NCBI GenBank assembly: GCA_018266955.1
Contig: JAFDZI010000014.1
Coordinates: 662-64,661 of the forward strand
DNA: 64,000 nucleotides
Origin: Bacteroidota bacterium
Lineage (GTDB): Bacteria > Bacteroidota > Bacteroidia > Flavobacteriales > Weeksellaceae
Reading direction: 5' to 3'
A program made the translations under genes and the position numbers. Within the stretch, counting starts at the first letter, position 1, and the number at the start of each line of letters is the position of its first letter. The notes under the pieces were generated by a model. That model ran no database searches. It was not told the origin of the DNA and was given only the letters and a program-made list of their open reading frames with translations. This document shows, piece by piece, positions 56,148 to 64,000 of this stretch.

Positions 56148-57170
56148 ATGAAGTTATATCAATTGTCTCTTTATGCTCTCTTTTTAGGACAAATTCTATC
56201 GGCTCAAAATATTGATTTAGAGACCATCATGGAGACACCAGTTAGTATTCGGGCTATTGCCGTTGAAGGGAGTAAAATTTGGTACGCCGGTACAGAAGCT
56301 CAGATTGGATTTGTTGATTATCTTAACCCTAAAGTAAATAATCGGGTTACTATTTCAGATCAAAAATTACAATTCAGAACTTTGGCGACAGATGCTCAAT
56401 ATTTATATACTATTCCCATCGGTAGTCCTGCTAGTTTTTTCAAAATAGATAAAACGACCTTAGAACCTGAGATTTTTTATACAGATGAAGCTCCAAATGC
56501 ATTTTATGATGCCTTGTATCTGGATAAAAACGAGTTTTATACTTTTTCGGACTCAGAAAATGACTTAAAAATGAAATGGTTTAATTTTCGTTTGGATGGC
56601 CCAGATTTCGTGTTAAATAATTTGGGTAAAGAAATTCTTTTACAAAAAGGCGAAGCCGCATTTGCAGCGAGTAATTCCAATATTGCTGCATCCAAAAATT
56701 ATGTGTGGCTAGCAACAGGAGGTCCTGCATCTAGGATATTTAGATGGGATAAAAATCTAAAGAAAATAGAGCAGTTCACTACACCTATAGTACAAGGAAA
56801 AACGAGCCAAGGGATTTATTCTATAGATTTTTATCAGAACTTCGGAGTTGCAGTTGGAGGAGACTATACCGCTCCAAAAGAAAATATTAATACGATTGCA
56901 ACAACCAAAGATGCTGGAAAAACCTGGTCAGTACGAGCTTCAGGTAAAAATGCAGGTTATATGACTTGTGTGAAAATAAAACCCAAATCTAAAGGCAAAG
57001 AAATGATTGCCGTGGGCGATTTGCATATTTCATATTCCAAAGATTACGGAAAAAGTTGGAAAGTATTGTCTCAAGAGAAAGGTTTATATACATGCGCTTG
57101 GGTTGACGATAATGTGGTGGTATTGGCAGGAAAAAATAAAATAATGAAAGGGAAAATTTCCAAAAAATAA
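56148..57170 (+). CDS. secreted beta-propeller (BNR/Ycf48-like) protein
   Basis: Signal peptide. Recurring S-x-D-x-G-x-T-W-type motifs (TKDAGKTWS, SKDYGKSWK). Confidence 0.6.
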   Translation: MKLYQLSLYALFLGQILSAQNIDLETIMETPVSIRAIAVEGSKIWYAGTEAQIGFVDYLNPKVNNRVTISDQKLQFRTLATDAQYLYTIPIGSPASFFKIDKTTLEPEIFYTDEAPNAFYDALYLDKNEFYTFSDSENDLKMKWFNFRLDGPDFVLNNLGKEILLQKGEAAFAASNSNIAASKNYVWLATGGPASRIFRWDKNLKKIEQFTTPIVQGKTSQGIYSIDFYQNFGVAVGGDYTAPKENINTIATTKDAGKTWSVRASGKNAGYMTCVKIKPKSKGKEMIAVGDLHISYSKDYGKSWKVLSQEKGLYTCAWVDDNVVVLAGKNKIMKGKISKK

Positions 57171-57491
57171 TATTTGAAATCTCTGCGTATTGCTAGCATT
57201 TTTTTTCTCTAAATTAAATTTATTTATCTGTCCTCGCATAAGGTGGAGTAGCGGCATCCTTTTTTTGATGGGCATTGGTAATGACAAAAAAAAGATAGAG
57301 CGGATACACCGACCCGGGCACAGGGTGTAGCCAAGGGAGGGATACGCCCAAATCAAAATTTGAAAACTTTTGGTTGTAAATAATATTTTTGAAGATAAGG
57401 AATTAGCATTTGAACATTGGCTGATGATTTTTTTCGGTTGCTTAATTGTATAAAAGGATTGGGTTCAGGAAAAAATACTTATTTTTGAAAC

Positions 57492-58154
57492 ATGATTATT
57501 GCAAAAAATATACATAAATACTATGGAGATCTGGAAGTGTTGAAAGGCGTAGATGTCCATATTAAAAAAGGTGAAGTAGTATCGATTGTGGGAGAGTCAG
57601 GTGCAGGAAAATCGACGCTTTTGCAGATTTTGGGTACTTTAGATTTGCCAACGCAACCACAGCAGTTTGCAACTGAAATATTGATTGACGGACAGTCATT
57701 TGTTAGAATGAAAGATAAAGAATTGTCCAAATTTAGGAATCAGAATATTGGTTTTGTTTTTCAGTTTCATCAGTTATTACCAGAGTTTACGGCTTTAGAA
57801 AATGTTTTGTTGCCTTCCAGAATTGCAGGAAATCAGGACAACCAACTGGAGAAAGCCTATTCCTTGTTTGAGGATTTAAAAATTATTGACCGTTTGCATC
57901 ACAAACCCAATCAACTTTCGGGGGGCGAAGCGCAAAGGGTGGCTGTGGCCAGAGCTTTGATAAACTCACCAAAAATTATCTATGCTGATGAGCCCACCGG
58001 GAATTTAGATTCTAAAAATGCGGATGATCTGCACCAATTATTTTTCGACCTTAGGGACAAATACAACCAAACTTTCGTTATTGTTACTCATAATCCTAAA
58101 TTGGCAGAGGTAACCGATAGAAAATTGGTAATGAAAGATGGGTTGATTATTTAA
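57492..58154 (+). CDS. lolD: ABC transporter ATP-binding protein (LolD/MacB-type)
   Basis: GESGAGKST Walker [16 protein letters not shown] signature, [12 protein letters not shown] Walker B. Confidence 0.85.
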   Translation: MIIAKNIHKYYGDLEVLKGVDVHIKKGEVVSIVGESGAGKSTLLQILGTLDLPTQPQQFATEILIDGQSFVRMKDKELSKFRNQNIGFVFQFHQLLPEFTALENVLLPSRIAGNQDNQLEKAYSLFEDLKIIDRLHHKPNQLSGGEAQRVAVARALINSPKIIYADEPTGNLDSKNADDLHQLFFDLRDKYNQTFVIVTHNPKLAEVTDRKLVMKDGLII

Positions 58155-58171
58155 CATGTAAAATTAATCTC

Positions 58172-58849
58172 ATGTCCATAAAATTTTTAGCTGAAGACGA
58201 TAGACCGAGAGAGAAATTTTTGCTTAAAGGCAAAAATAGCCTTTCAGATTCCGAATTGTTGGCCATCATTATGGGGAGTGGTAATAGGGAAGAAACCGCG
58301 GTGGAGCTGGCTAGGAAAATTTTGGATTCGGTACATAATAATTGGCACCAATTATCTTTACTTAGCATTAGCGATTTAATGAAGTTTAAAGGAGTAGGCG
58401 AAGCAAAAGCAATAGCCATTGCAACAGCTTTAGAAATTGGCCGAAGAAGAGCATCCCAAGAAATTCCTGAAAAAATTCAGATGAAAAGTGCCGACGATGT
58501 TTTTAAAGTTTTGCATCCGTTAATGGGAGATTTAAGGACAGAAGAGTTTTGGGTAATTTATGTAAACCATCACAATAAAATAATCGGCAAAGAGAAAATT
58601 TCTCAAGGAGGGATAAGTGGTACAGTAGTGGATGTTCGGTTGATTTTTAAACGCGCTTTAGAACATTTGGCCACAGGAATTTTTATTGCCCACAATCATC
58701 CCTCCGGTAACTTGAAACCCAGTGCCGAAGATTTAAAAATAACCAAACAAATAGCAGAAGCTGGACGAATAATGAATGTAACATTAATAGACCACTTGAT
58801 AATTACACAAGAATCGTATTTAAGTTTTGCAAACGAAAATTTATTATGA
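58172..58849 (+). CDS. radC: RadC-family JAB-domain protein
   Basis: LSDSELLAIIMGSG, HhH segment, and the JAMM motif HNHPSGNLKPSAED. Confidence 0.9.
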   Translation: MSIKFLAEDDRPREKFLLKGKNSLSDSELLAIIMGSGNREETAVELARKILDSVHNNWHQLSLLSISDLMKFKGVGEAKAIAIATALEIGRRRASQEIPEKIQMKSADDVFKVLHPLMGDLRTEEFWVIYVNHHNKIIGKEKISQGGISGTVVDVRLIFKRALEHLATGIFIAHNHPSGNLKPSAEDLKITKQIAEAGRIMNVTLIDHLIITQESYLSFANENLL

Positions 58850-59763
58850 TCCAAAAAATACCTTATTTATCAATAGATTTTCAAGAATATAACCGTTGTG
58901 TCCAACATTCATGTCAAAAGAAATATTCAGCAACGAGTGAATTTTTGGATGCATGTGCCGGAAAAAAACAATGGGAAATATTGGTGTACGGAAATTACGA
59001 AGCAGTAATGCCCATTCCATTTCGGAAAAAAATGGGACTAAAATGGGTGGTTCACCCTAAGTTATGCCAACAATTAGGTGTTTTTTCTACTCAAGACGAT
59101 CAGAAGCTAAACCAAGCTTTCTTGGATTTCCTCAATAAAAACTATAGAGTTTTATATTATGGTTTTAATGAATTTAACCAATTTGAGCAACCATTGTCTC
59201 GTAGGAAAAATTACATTATACCTAAACAAAATTATCAGGATGCTTTTAAACAATATTCGCCCAAGAGAAAGAGAAAGCTTCGTTTGGATGAAGAAGTGGC
59301 GCAAAATTCTGAAAAACGAAGCGTACAAGATGTAGCGTTAATAGAAGATTTTATAAGAAAAAATTCTAAAGGAGCCCACCACCCAAAAGATGTGGAAGAG
59401 TTTATAAGCATCTATATTTCTTTGTTCCAAAAGAAAAAACTTATTTTTTATGGTTTTTTTTATCATGAAAAATTGGTCAATTTATTGGCTATTCACCTTT
59501 CTGAAGACAGCGTAGCGCTATTGGGTACCTTTAATGAAAAGGAATATATAAAACTAAATGGTTCGTCGGTATTAGTAGATACAGTTATTCGGGATTTCGT
59601 ACAAGAAAAAGATTTTGACTTTGAAGGAAGCGAAGTGCCGAGTATTGAGGAGTTTTTCAGAGGGTATCGACCAGATTTAAGGCCATATACTTATTTTGAA
59701 AATTATTCAAAACGATGGAGTGCAAAATCATTGAGACTACTGAAAAAAATGATCGGTAGATAA
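58846..59763 (+). CDS. hypothetical protein, translationally coupled to radC
   Basis: 305-aa ORF. ATGA overlap with the radC stop. No motif I can assign with confidence. Confidence 0.5.
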   Translation: MIQKIPYLSIDFQEYNRCVQHSCQKKYSATSEFLDACAGKKQWEILVYGNYEAVMPIPFRKKMGLKWVVHPKLCQQLGVFSTQDDQKLNQAFLDFLNKNYRVLYYGFNEFNQFEQPLSRRKNYIIPKQNYQDAFKQYSPKRKRKLRLDEEVAQNSEKRSVQDVALIEDFIRKNSKGAHHPKDVEEFISIYISLFQKKKLIFYGFFYHEKLVNLLAIHLSEDSVALLGTFNEKEYIKLNGSSVLVDTVIRDFVQEKDFDFEGSEVPSIEEFFRGYRPDLRPYTYFENYSKRWSAKSLRLLKKMIGR

Positions 59764-59940
59764 ATAAACTGGATATTTATAAATTTTCACAAATTTGTAT
59801 TTACGGCTAATAATTGAACATTTAATTTTATGATCTACTGCTATTAATTGAATAAAATAGAACAAAGAATTCTATTTATAAATCATAAATTACAATTTAT
59901 CCTTATATTTGTCTCAATTAAAAAAAAATAAACTTTTACA

Positions 59941-60444
59941 ATGAAAAAAATTCTATACTTGCTTTTGGGTTTCACTCTATTATCCACCTCTACAGCTTGT
60001 AGAAATGAAGAAGAAACCGAAAATCCAGCATTATTTACCAACGCTGATAAATACATTAAAGACAGTGATGGGGAAAGATACCAATTAACCTCAGCATCAC
60101 TTACCGGAACCAAAGCCAAAAATACAACTGAAGTAAACCAATATGTCATCAACCTTTCGGGTACAGACAAAGGAGTAATGCGCAGTGTAGAATTGCATAT
60201 TGAATTTCCTTTTAATGATAAATTGGTAGGTGGGTATAGTACAACCAGTACCATTAGAAATCTAAGCAACTCCAAGTCAAAATTCATTAGAAATACAACG
60301 ACAATTACCGATTTTGATATGGGTACATTTAGCATCGAAGATTTGGATGCCCACAATTATAAAGTGATTTTTTCTTTAAAAACCCAAGGGGGTGAAATAA
60401 TAACTGGAACCTACCACGGTCAGTTTACCGTGAATGAAAATTAA
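59941..60444 (+). CDS. hypothetical lipoprotein
   Basis: Signal peptide plus lipobox (LLSTSTAC). 167 aa. Confidence 0.5.
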   Translation: MKKILYLLLGFTLLSTSTACRNEEETENPALFTNADKYIKDSDGERYQLTSASLTGTKAKNTTEVNQYVINLSGTDKGVMRSVELHIEFPFNDKLVGGYSTTSTIRNLSNSKSKFIRNTTTITDFDMGTFSIEDLDAHNYKVIFSLKTQGGEIITGTYHGQFTVNEN

Positions 60445-60471
60445 TTCTAAATAATTAAAAATAAAATAGTT

Positions 60472-60497
60472 GCCTCAAATTTTTGAGGCTTTTTTTT
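60472..60497 (+). terminator. Rho-independent terminator
   Basis: GCCTCAAA / TTTGAGGC stem, then T8. Confidence 0.75.
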
Positions 60498-60600
60498 GTT
60501 GAATGGATACAAAAAAAAATAAAAAGAGACGAATAATAAAAACTGAGGCTTTAGAAACACAAAGATTTTTCTTATTTTTGCTCACTAATTTCGATCAACT

Positions 60601-61605
60601 ATGAAAGAATTTTCCAAAGAAGTTTACCTAAAGTGGTATGCAGATATGACGATGTGGAGAAGGTTTGAAGATAAATGCCGTTCTTTATATCTGAAACAAA
60701 AAATCCGTGGATTTTTGCATTTATATAATGGGCAAGAAGCAATTCCAGCTGGATTTACCCATGCAATGGATTTGAGTAAAGACAGTATGATTACCGCTTA
60801 TCGATGCCACATCCATCCTATGGCAATGGGCGTAGATCCTAGACGAATTATGGCAGAATTGTGCGGAAAAGCAACCGGAACTTCTGGTGGTATGGGTGGT
60901 TCTATGCATATCTTTAGCAAAGAACACCGTTTTTATGGTGGACACGGAATTGTTGGTGGACAAATTCCTTTGGGAGCGGGTATTGCTTTTGCAGATAAAT
61001 ATTTTGACAGAAAAGCAGTGAATATTTGTTTCTTTGGAGATGGTGCTGCAAGACAAGGATCCTTACATGAAACATTTAACATGGCTATGAATTGGAAATT
61101 ACCCGTAGTATTTGTTGTAGAAAACAACCAATACGCCATGGGTACTTCCGTGAAAAGAACTGCCAATCACGAAGATATTTATAAATTAGGCTTAGGTTAC
61201 GAAATGCCTTGTATGCCTGTAGATGCCATGGACCCTGAAAAAGTTGCAGAAGTTGCTTATGAGGCTATCGAAAGAGCCAGAAGAGGGGATGGACCAACTT
61301 TCATAGAAGCGAGAACTTACCGTTACAGAGGTCACTCTATGTCCGATGCAGAGCCATACAGATCCAAAGAAGAAGTGGAAGCACACAAGCAAGAAGATCC
61401 AATAGAATTGGTGAAACATAGGATTTTGGAAAATAATTGGGCAACCGAACAAGACTTGGAAGCCATGGACAACGAGTCCAGAGCGTTTGTAGATGAATGT
61501 ATTGAGTTTATGGAAAATTCTCCATATCCTAATCCTGAAAAAATCTACGAATATGTTTATGCTCAGGAAGATTATCCTTTTCTTGATCAACTAGAAAACC
61601 AATAG
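60601..61605 (+). CDS. pdhA: pyruvate dehydrogenase (acetyl-transferring) E1 component, alpha subunit
   Basis: TPP-binding GDGA...N motif (FFGDGAARQGSLHETFNMA) and YRYRGHSMSD phospho-loop motif. Confidence 0.9.
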   Translation: MKEFSKEVYLKWYADMTMWRRFEDKCRSLYLKQKIRGFLHLYNGQEAIPAGFTHAMDLSKDSMITAYRCHIHPMAMGVDPRRIMAELCGKATGTSGGMGGSMHIFSKEHRFYGGHGIVGGQIPLGAGIAFADKYFDRKAVNICFFGDGAARQGSLHETFNMAMNWKLPVVFVVENNQYAMGTSVKRTANHEDIYKLGLGYEMPCMPVDAMDPEKVAEVAYEAIERARRGDGPTFIEARTYRYRGHSMSDAEPYRSKEEVEAHKQEDPIELVKHRILENNWATEQDLEAMDNESRAFVDECIEFMENSPYPNPEKIYEYVYAQEDYPFLDQLENQ

Positions 61606-61676
61606 TAAATCGATCAATAGTTGCTTGCAACATCATTCAAAATAATCATACAAATAATCATTTCAGATACAAAATT

Positions 61677-63266
61677 ATGGCAGAAGTAGTAACCATGCCC
61701 AGACTATCGGATACAATGACCGAAGGAAAAGTGGCAAAATGGCATAAAAAACTAGGAGATTCTGTAAAAGAAGGCGATATATTAGCAGAAATAGAAACCG
61801 ATAAAGCGGTACAAGATTTCGAAACCGAATGGAACGGAACAATACTTCATATTGGTACTCCAGAAGGAGAATCGGCTCCGGTGGATAGTATATTGGCTAT
61901 TATAGGACAACCTGGAGAAGATATTTCTTCACTCTTAGGTTCAGCTTCTGCAAATTCAAGTCCTGAAAAAGAAATCACTGCTCAGCAAGTAGCTGAACCA
62001 GCGCCTGTTTCAACTACAATAGTAATTCCTGCTGGTGTAGAAGTAATTAATATGCCTAGACTTTCGGATACAATGACGGAAGGTAAGGTAGCGAAATGGA
62101 ATAAAAATGTAGGCGATACTGTAAAGGAAGGAGATATTATTGCTGAAATAGAAACCGATAAAGCGGTGCAAGATTTCGAAACAGAATTTAAAGGTACTTT
62201 GTTGTACCAAGGAGTTTCCGAAGGAGATGCAGCACCTGTGGATAGTATCTTAGCTATAATTGGACCTGCTGGAACCGATATTTCTTCAATTTTATCTGGA
62301 GGAACAAAGGCGAACAGTGTTCAACCAACAGTTGCACAAGCCACAACCGAAATCAAAACACCAACAGCAAACCCTGTTCAAAGTACCGAATCAGATCGTT
62401 TGGCGATTTCTCCTTTGGCAAAGAAAATGGCACAAGATAAAGGAATCGATCTAAGTACAATCCAAGGAACTGGGGAAAACGGAAGAATTGTAAAAAAAGA
62501 TATTGAAAACTATCAACCTGCAAAAGTTCTTACAACTCCTACTGCTCAACCTGCAGCAGCACAAGTGTCCATGAATTTTGTTGCTGGAGAAACAACAGAA
62601 ACGGTTAATTCTCAAATGAGAAATGTAATTGCTAAGCGATTGGCAGAAAGTAAATTTTCGGCACCACATTATTATCTAATGGTGGAAATAGCTATGGATA
62701 AAGCTATTGAAGCTCGTAAAGAAATCAATACATTGCCGGATACTAAAATTTCTTTCAATGATATGGTTATTAAGGCAGTTGCTATGGCTCTAAGAAAGCA
62801 TCCACAAGTAAATTCTTCATGGGCTGGAGATAAAATTGTACACCACGGAAATATCAATGTAGGTGTTGCAGTTGCAGTTCCGGACGGATTAGTTGTTCCG
62901 GTACTGAAAAATACCGATTTTATGAATTACAACCAAATTTCGGTTTCAGTTAAAGATATGGCTTCTAGAGCAAAATCCAAGCAATTAAAAGCCAATGAAA
63001 TGGAAGGATCTACTTTCTCAGTGTCTAATTTAGGAATGTTCGGTATAGAAACTTTCACCTCCATTATTAATCAACCAAACGCTGCAATATTATCAGTAGG
63101 GGCAATCATAGAAAAGCCAGTGGTTAAAAACGGACAAATTGTGGTAGGTAATACCATGAAGCTTTCTTTAGCATGCGACCATAGAGTGGTAGATGGTGCT
63201 ACCGGAGCTGCGTTTTTACAAACATTGAGAACCTACTTAGAACAACCACTTACATTGTTACTGTAA
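61677..63266 (+). CDS. pyruvate dehydrogenase complex E2 dihydrolipoamide acetyltransferase with two lipoyl domains
   Basis: Two MPRLSDTMTEGKVAKW...EIETDKA lipoyl domains, an E3-binding domain (ISPLAKKMAQDKGIDL), and catalytic DHRVVDG. Confidence 0.92.
   Translation: MAEVVTMPRLSDTMTEGKVAKWHKKLGDSVKEGDILAEIETDKAVQDFETEWNGTILHIGTPEGESAPVDSILAIIGQPGEDISSLLGSASANSSPEKEITAQQVAEPAPVSTTIVIPAGVEVINMPRLSDTMTEGKVAKWNKNVGDTVKEGDIIAEIETDKAVQDFETEFKGTLLYQGVSEGDAAPVDSILAIIGPAGTDISSILSGGTKANSVQPTVAQATTEIKTPTANPVQSTESDRLAISPLAKKMAQDKGIDLSTIQGTGENGRIVKKDIENYQPAKVLTTPTAQPAAAQVSMNFVAGETTETVNSQMRNVIAKRLAESKFSAPHYYLMVEIAMDKAIEARKEINTLPDTKISFNDMVIKAVAMALRKHPQVNSSWAGDKIVHHGNINVGVAVAVPDGLVVPVLKNTDFMNYNQISVSVKDMASRAKSKQLKANEMEGSTFSVSNLGMFGIETFTSIINQPNAAILSVGAIIEKPVVKNGQIVVGNTMKLSLACDHRVVDGATGAAFLQTLRTYLEQPLTLLL
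61695..62292 (+). repeat. tandem duplication of the lipoyl-domain coding segment (period 357 nt)
   Basis: 61695-61935 and 62052-62292 align at both nucleotide and protein level (e.g. ATGCCCAGACTATCGGATACAATGACCGAAGG vs ATGCCTAGACTTTCGGATACAATGACGGAAGG). Confidence 0.9.
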
Positions 63267-63287
63267 AAAATTAAGTAAATTATTTTA

Positions 63288-63326
63288 TAAAGAGTTGTTT
63301 TTTAATTAAAACAACTCTTTTTTTAC
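63288..63326. terminator. bidirectional terminator
   Basis: AAGAGTTGTTTT / AAAACAACTCTT stem with flanking A-runs and T-runs. Confidence 0.75.
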
Positions 63327-63359
63327 GGTATTATTTAAAATTATTAATTTATCAAATGT

Positions 63360-63782
63360 TTAAAGATTTTCTGGAACTACCCAATTATTCTCAATGAGTT
63401 GCATAAGATATTCTGGACAAGTTGTAATCTTATTTTTTAAAGAATCTAGGAAATAGAGTGTTACAGTGGCTTCGGTTATTTTTTGTTTAGACTCATTAAA
63501 TATTTCATAATCAAAAATAATTCTTACTCCTGGTTTTTTCTTAATAAAAGTGTGTATTTCCAGCATTTCATCGTATAATGCGGGTTTTAGGTACTTTATT
63601 TTGTATTCAGATACGGGGAGCCAAATACCTCGTTTTTCTATTTCGTTATAGGACATTCCTAGTGTACGAAAGAGTTCTACTCGTGCAACTTCCAGATATT
63701 CAGCATAATTGCCGTAATATACATATTTCATCGGGTCTGTTTCTCCGTAACGCACTCGTAATCTGTGTGTTGTGTGTATCAT
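63360..63782 (-). CDS. acyl-CoA thioesterase (4HBT/YbgC-like hotdog fold)
   Basis: RVRYGETDPMKYVYYGNYAEYLEVARVE is the typical YbgC-type N-terminus with catalytic Asp. Alternative start at 63803. Confidence 0.8.
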   Translation of the reverse strand: MIHTTHRLRVRYGETDPMKYVYYGNYAEYLEVARVELFRTLGMSYNEIEKRGIWLPVSEYKIKYLKPALYDEMLEIHTFIKKKPGVRIIFDYEIFNESKQKITEATVTLYFLDSLKNKITTCPEYLMQLIENNWVVPENL

Positions 63783-63913
63783 TTTAAGTTTTTTCTTATA
63801 CATACAAATATATTTTTAAATAATCAATAGTGCAAAGATTTTTTTATCAATATTTTATTTAGCATTTTTGCTTTCCCGTTACAGATTACTCACCTTGTAA
63901 TTTTACCTTAACT

Positions 63914-64000
63914 ATGAATGATAATTTAATGTTGTTATGGGATAACTGCCTTCAGTTTATGAAGGATAATCTCAATGCTGCCGAAGAACAGTCTGATTTG
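63914..64000 (+). CDS. dnaA: probable chromosomal replication initiator DnaA, first 29 codons only
   Basis: Own translation MNDNLMLLWDNCLQFMKDNLNAAEEQSDL. The W-x-N-C-L-x-F-x-K-D-N pattern matches the Bacteroidota DnaA N-termini I recall. Truncated by the window end. Confidence 0.5.
   Translation, partial: MNDNLMLLWDNCLQFMKDNLNAAEEQSDL

Noticed and set aside
57230-57349. Known structured RNAs (SRP 4.5S RNA, RNase P RNA, 6S) as the identity of the GC-rich patch
   Set aside because: It lacks the SRP domain IV GGAA-tetraloop/AAGCAG core and the RNase P GAGGAAAGTCCGGGC-type CR-I. It is also too short for RNase P. Kept only as an unassigned candidate.
60601-63266. PDH E1 alpha followed directly by E2, with no E1 beta gene
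   Set aside because: The same split arrangement is common in Flavobacteriia. E1 beta is presumably elsewhere in the genome.

Overview
Low-GC chromosomal window from a Bacteroidota (Flavobacteriia-like) genome. Supporting signs are a T9SS-type C-terminal sorting domain, TAnnTTTG -7 promoter boxes and an atp operon without atpD/atpC. It is mostly housekeeping: rpsF-rpsR-rplI, ffh, atpBEFHAG, uvrA, gyrA, relA/spoT, rpsA, pdhA plus a two-lipoyl E2, and a probable dnaA start at the far right edge. It also holds an RND efflux operon, ion transporters and several GNAT acetyltransferases. The one clearly accessory segment is a compact 5.65-kb element (32771..38423) integrated into the 3' end of tRNA-Ala(GGC). 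It is bounded by a 15-bp direct repeat, and all seven of its genes are on the + strand: tyrosine integrase, orf248, Xis-like HTH, small HTH-like ORF, RecA-fold ATPase with C-terminal HTH, Zn-ribbon/Toprim-like primase and a small basic ORF. A dense 9-bp iteron array lies between the ATPase and primase genes. No capsid, relaxase or conjugation genes are visible. I read it as an integrative, autonomously replicating hitchhiker, either a candidate phage satellite or a cryptic integrative replicon of a type little described in Bacteroidota. This is an inference from architecture only. Other points worth a look: a (TCTCTTT)5 microsatellite after ffh, a 27-nt direct repeat bracketing a GNAT-permease module, a 69% GC structured patch upstream of lolD-radC, and dispersed CCGTAGGAGCGA-type intergenic repeats. 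No CRISPR array, rRNA or recognisable defence operon was seen.
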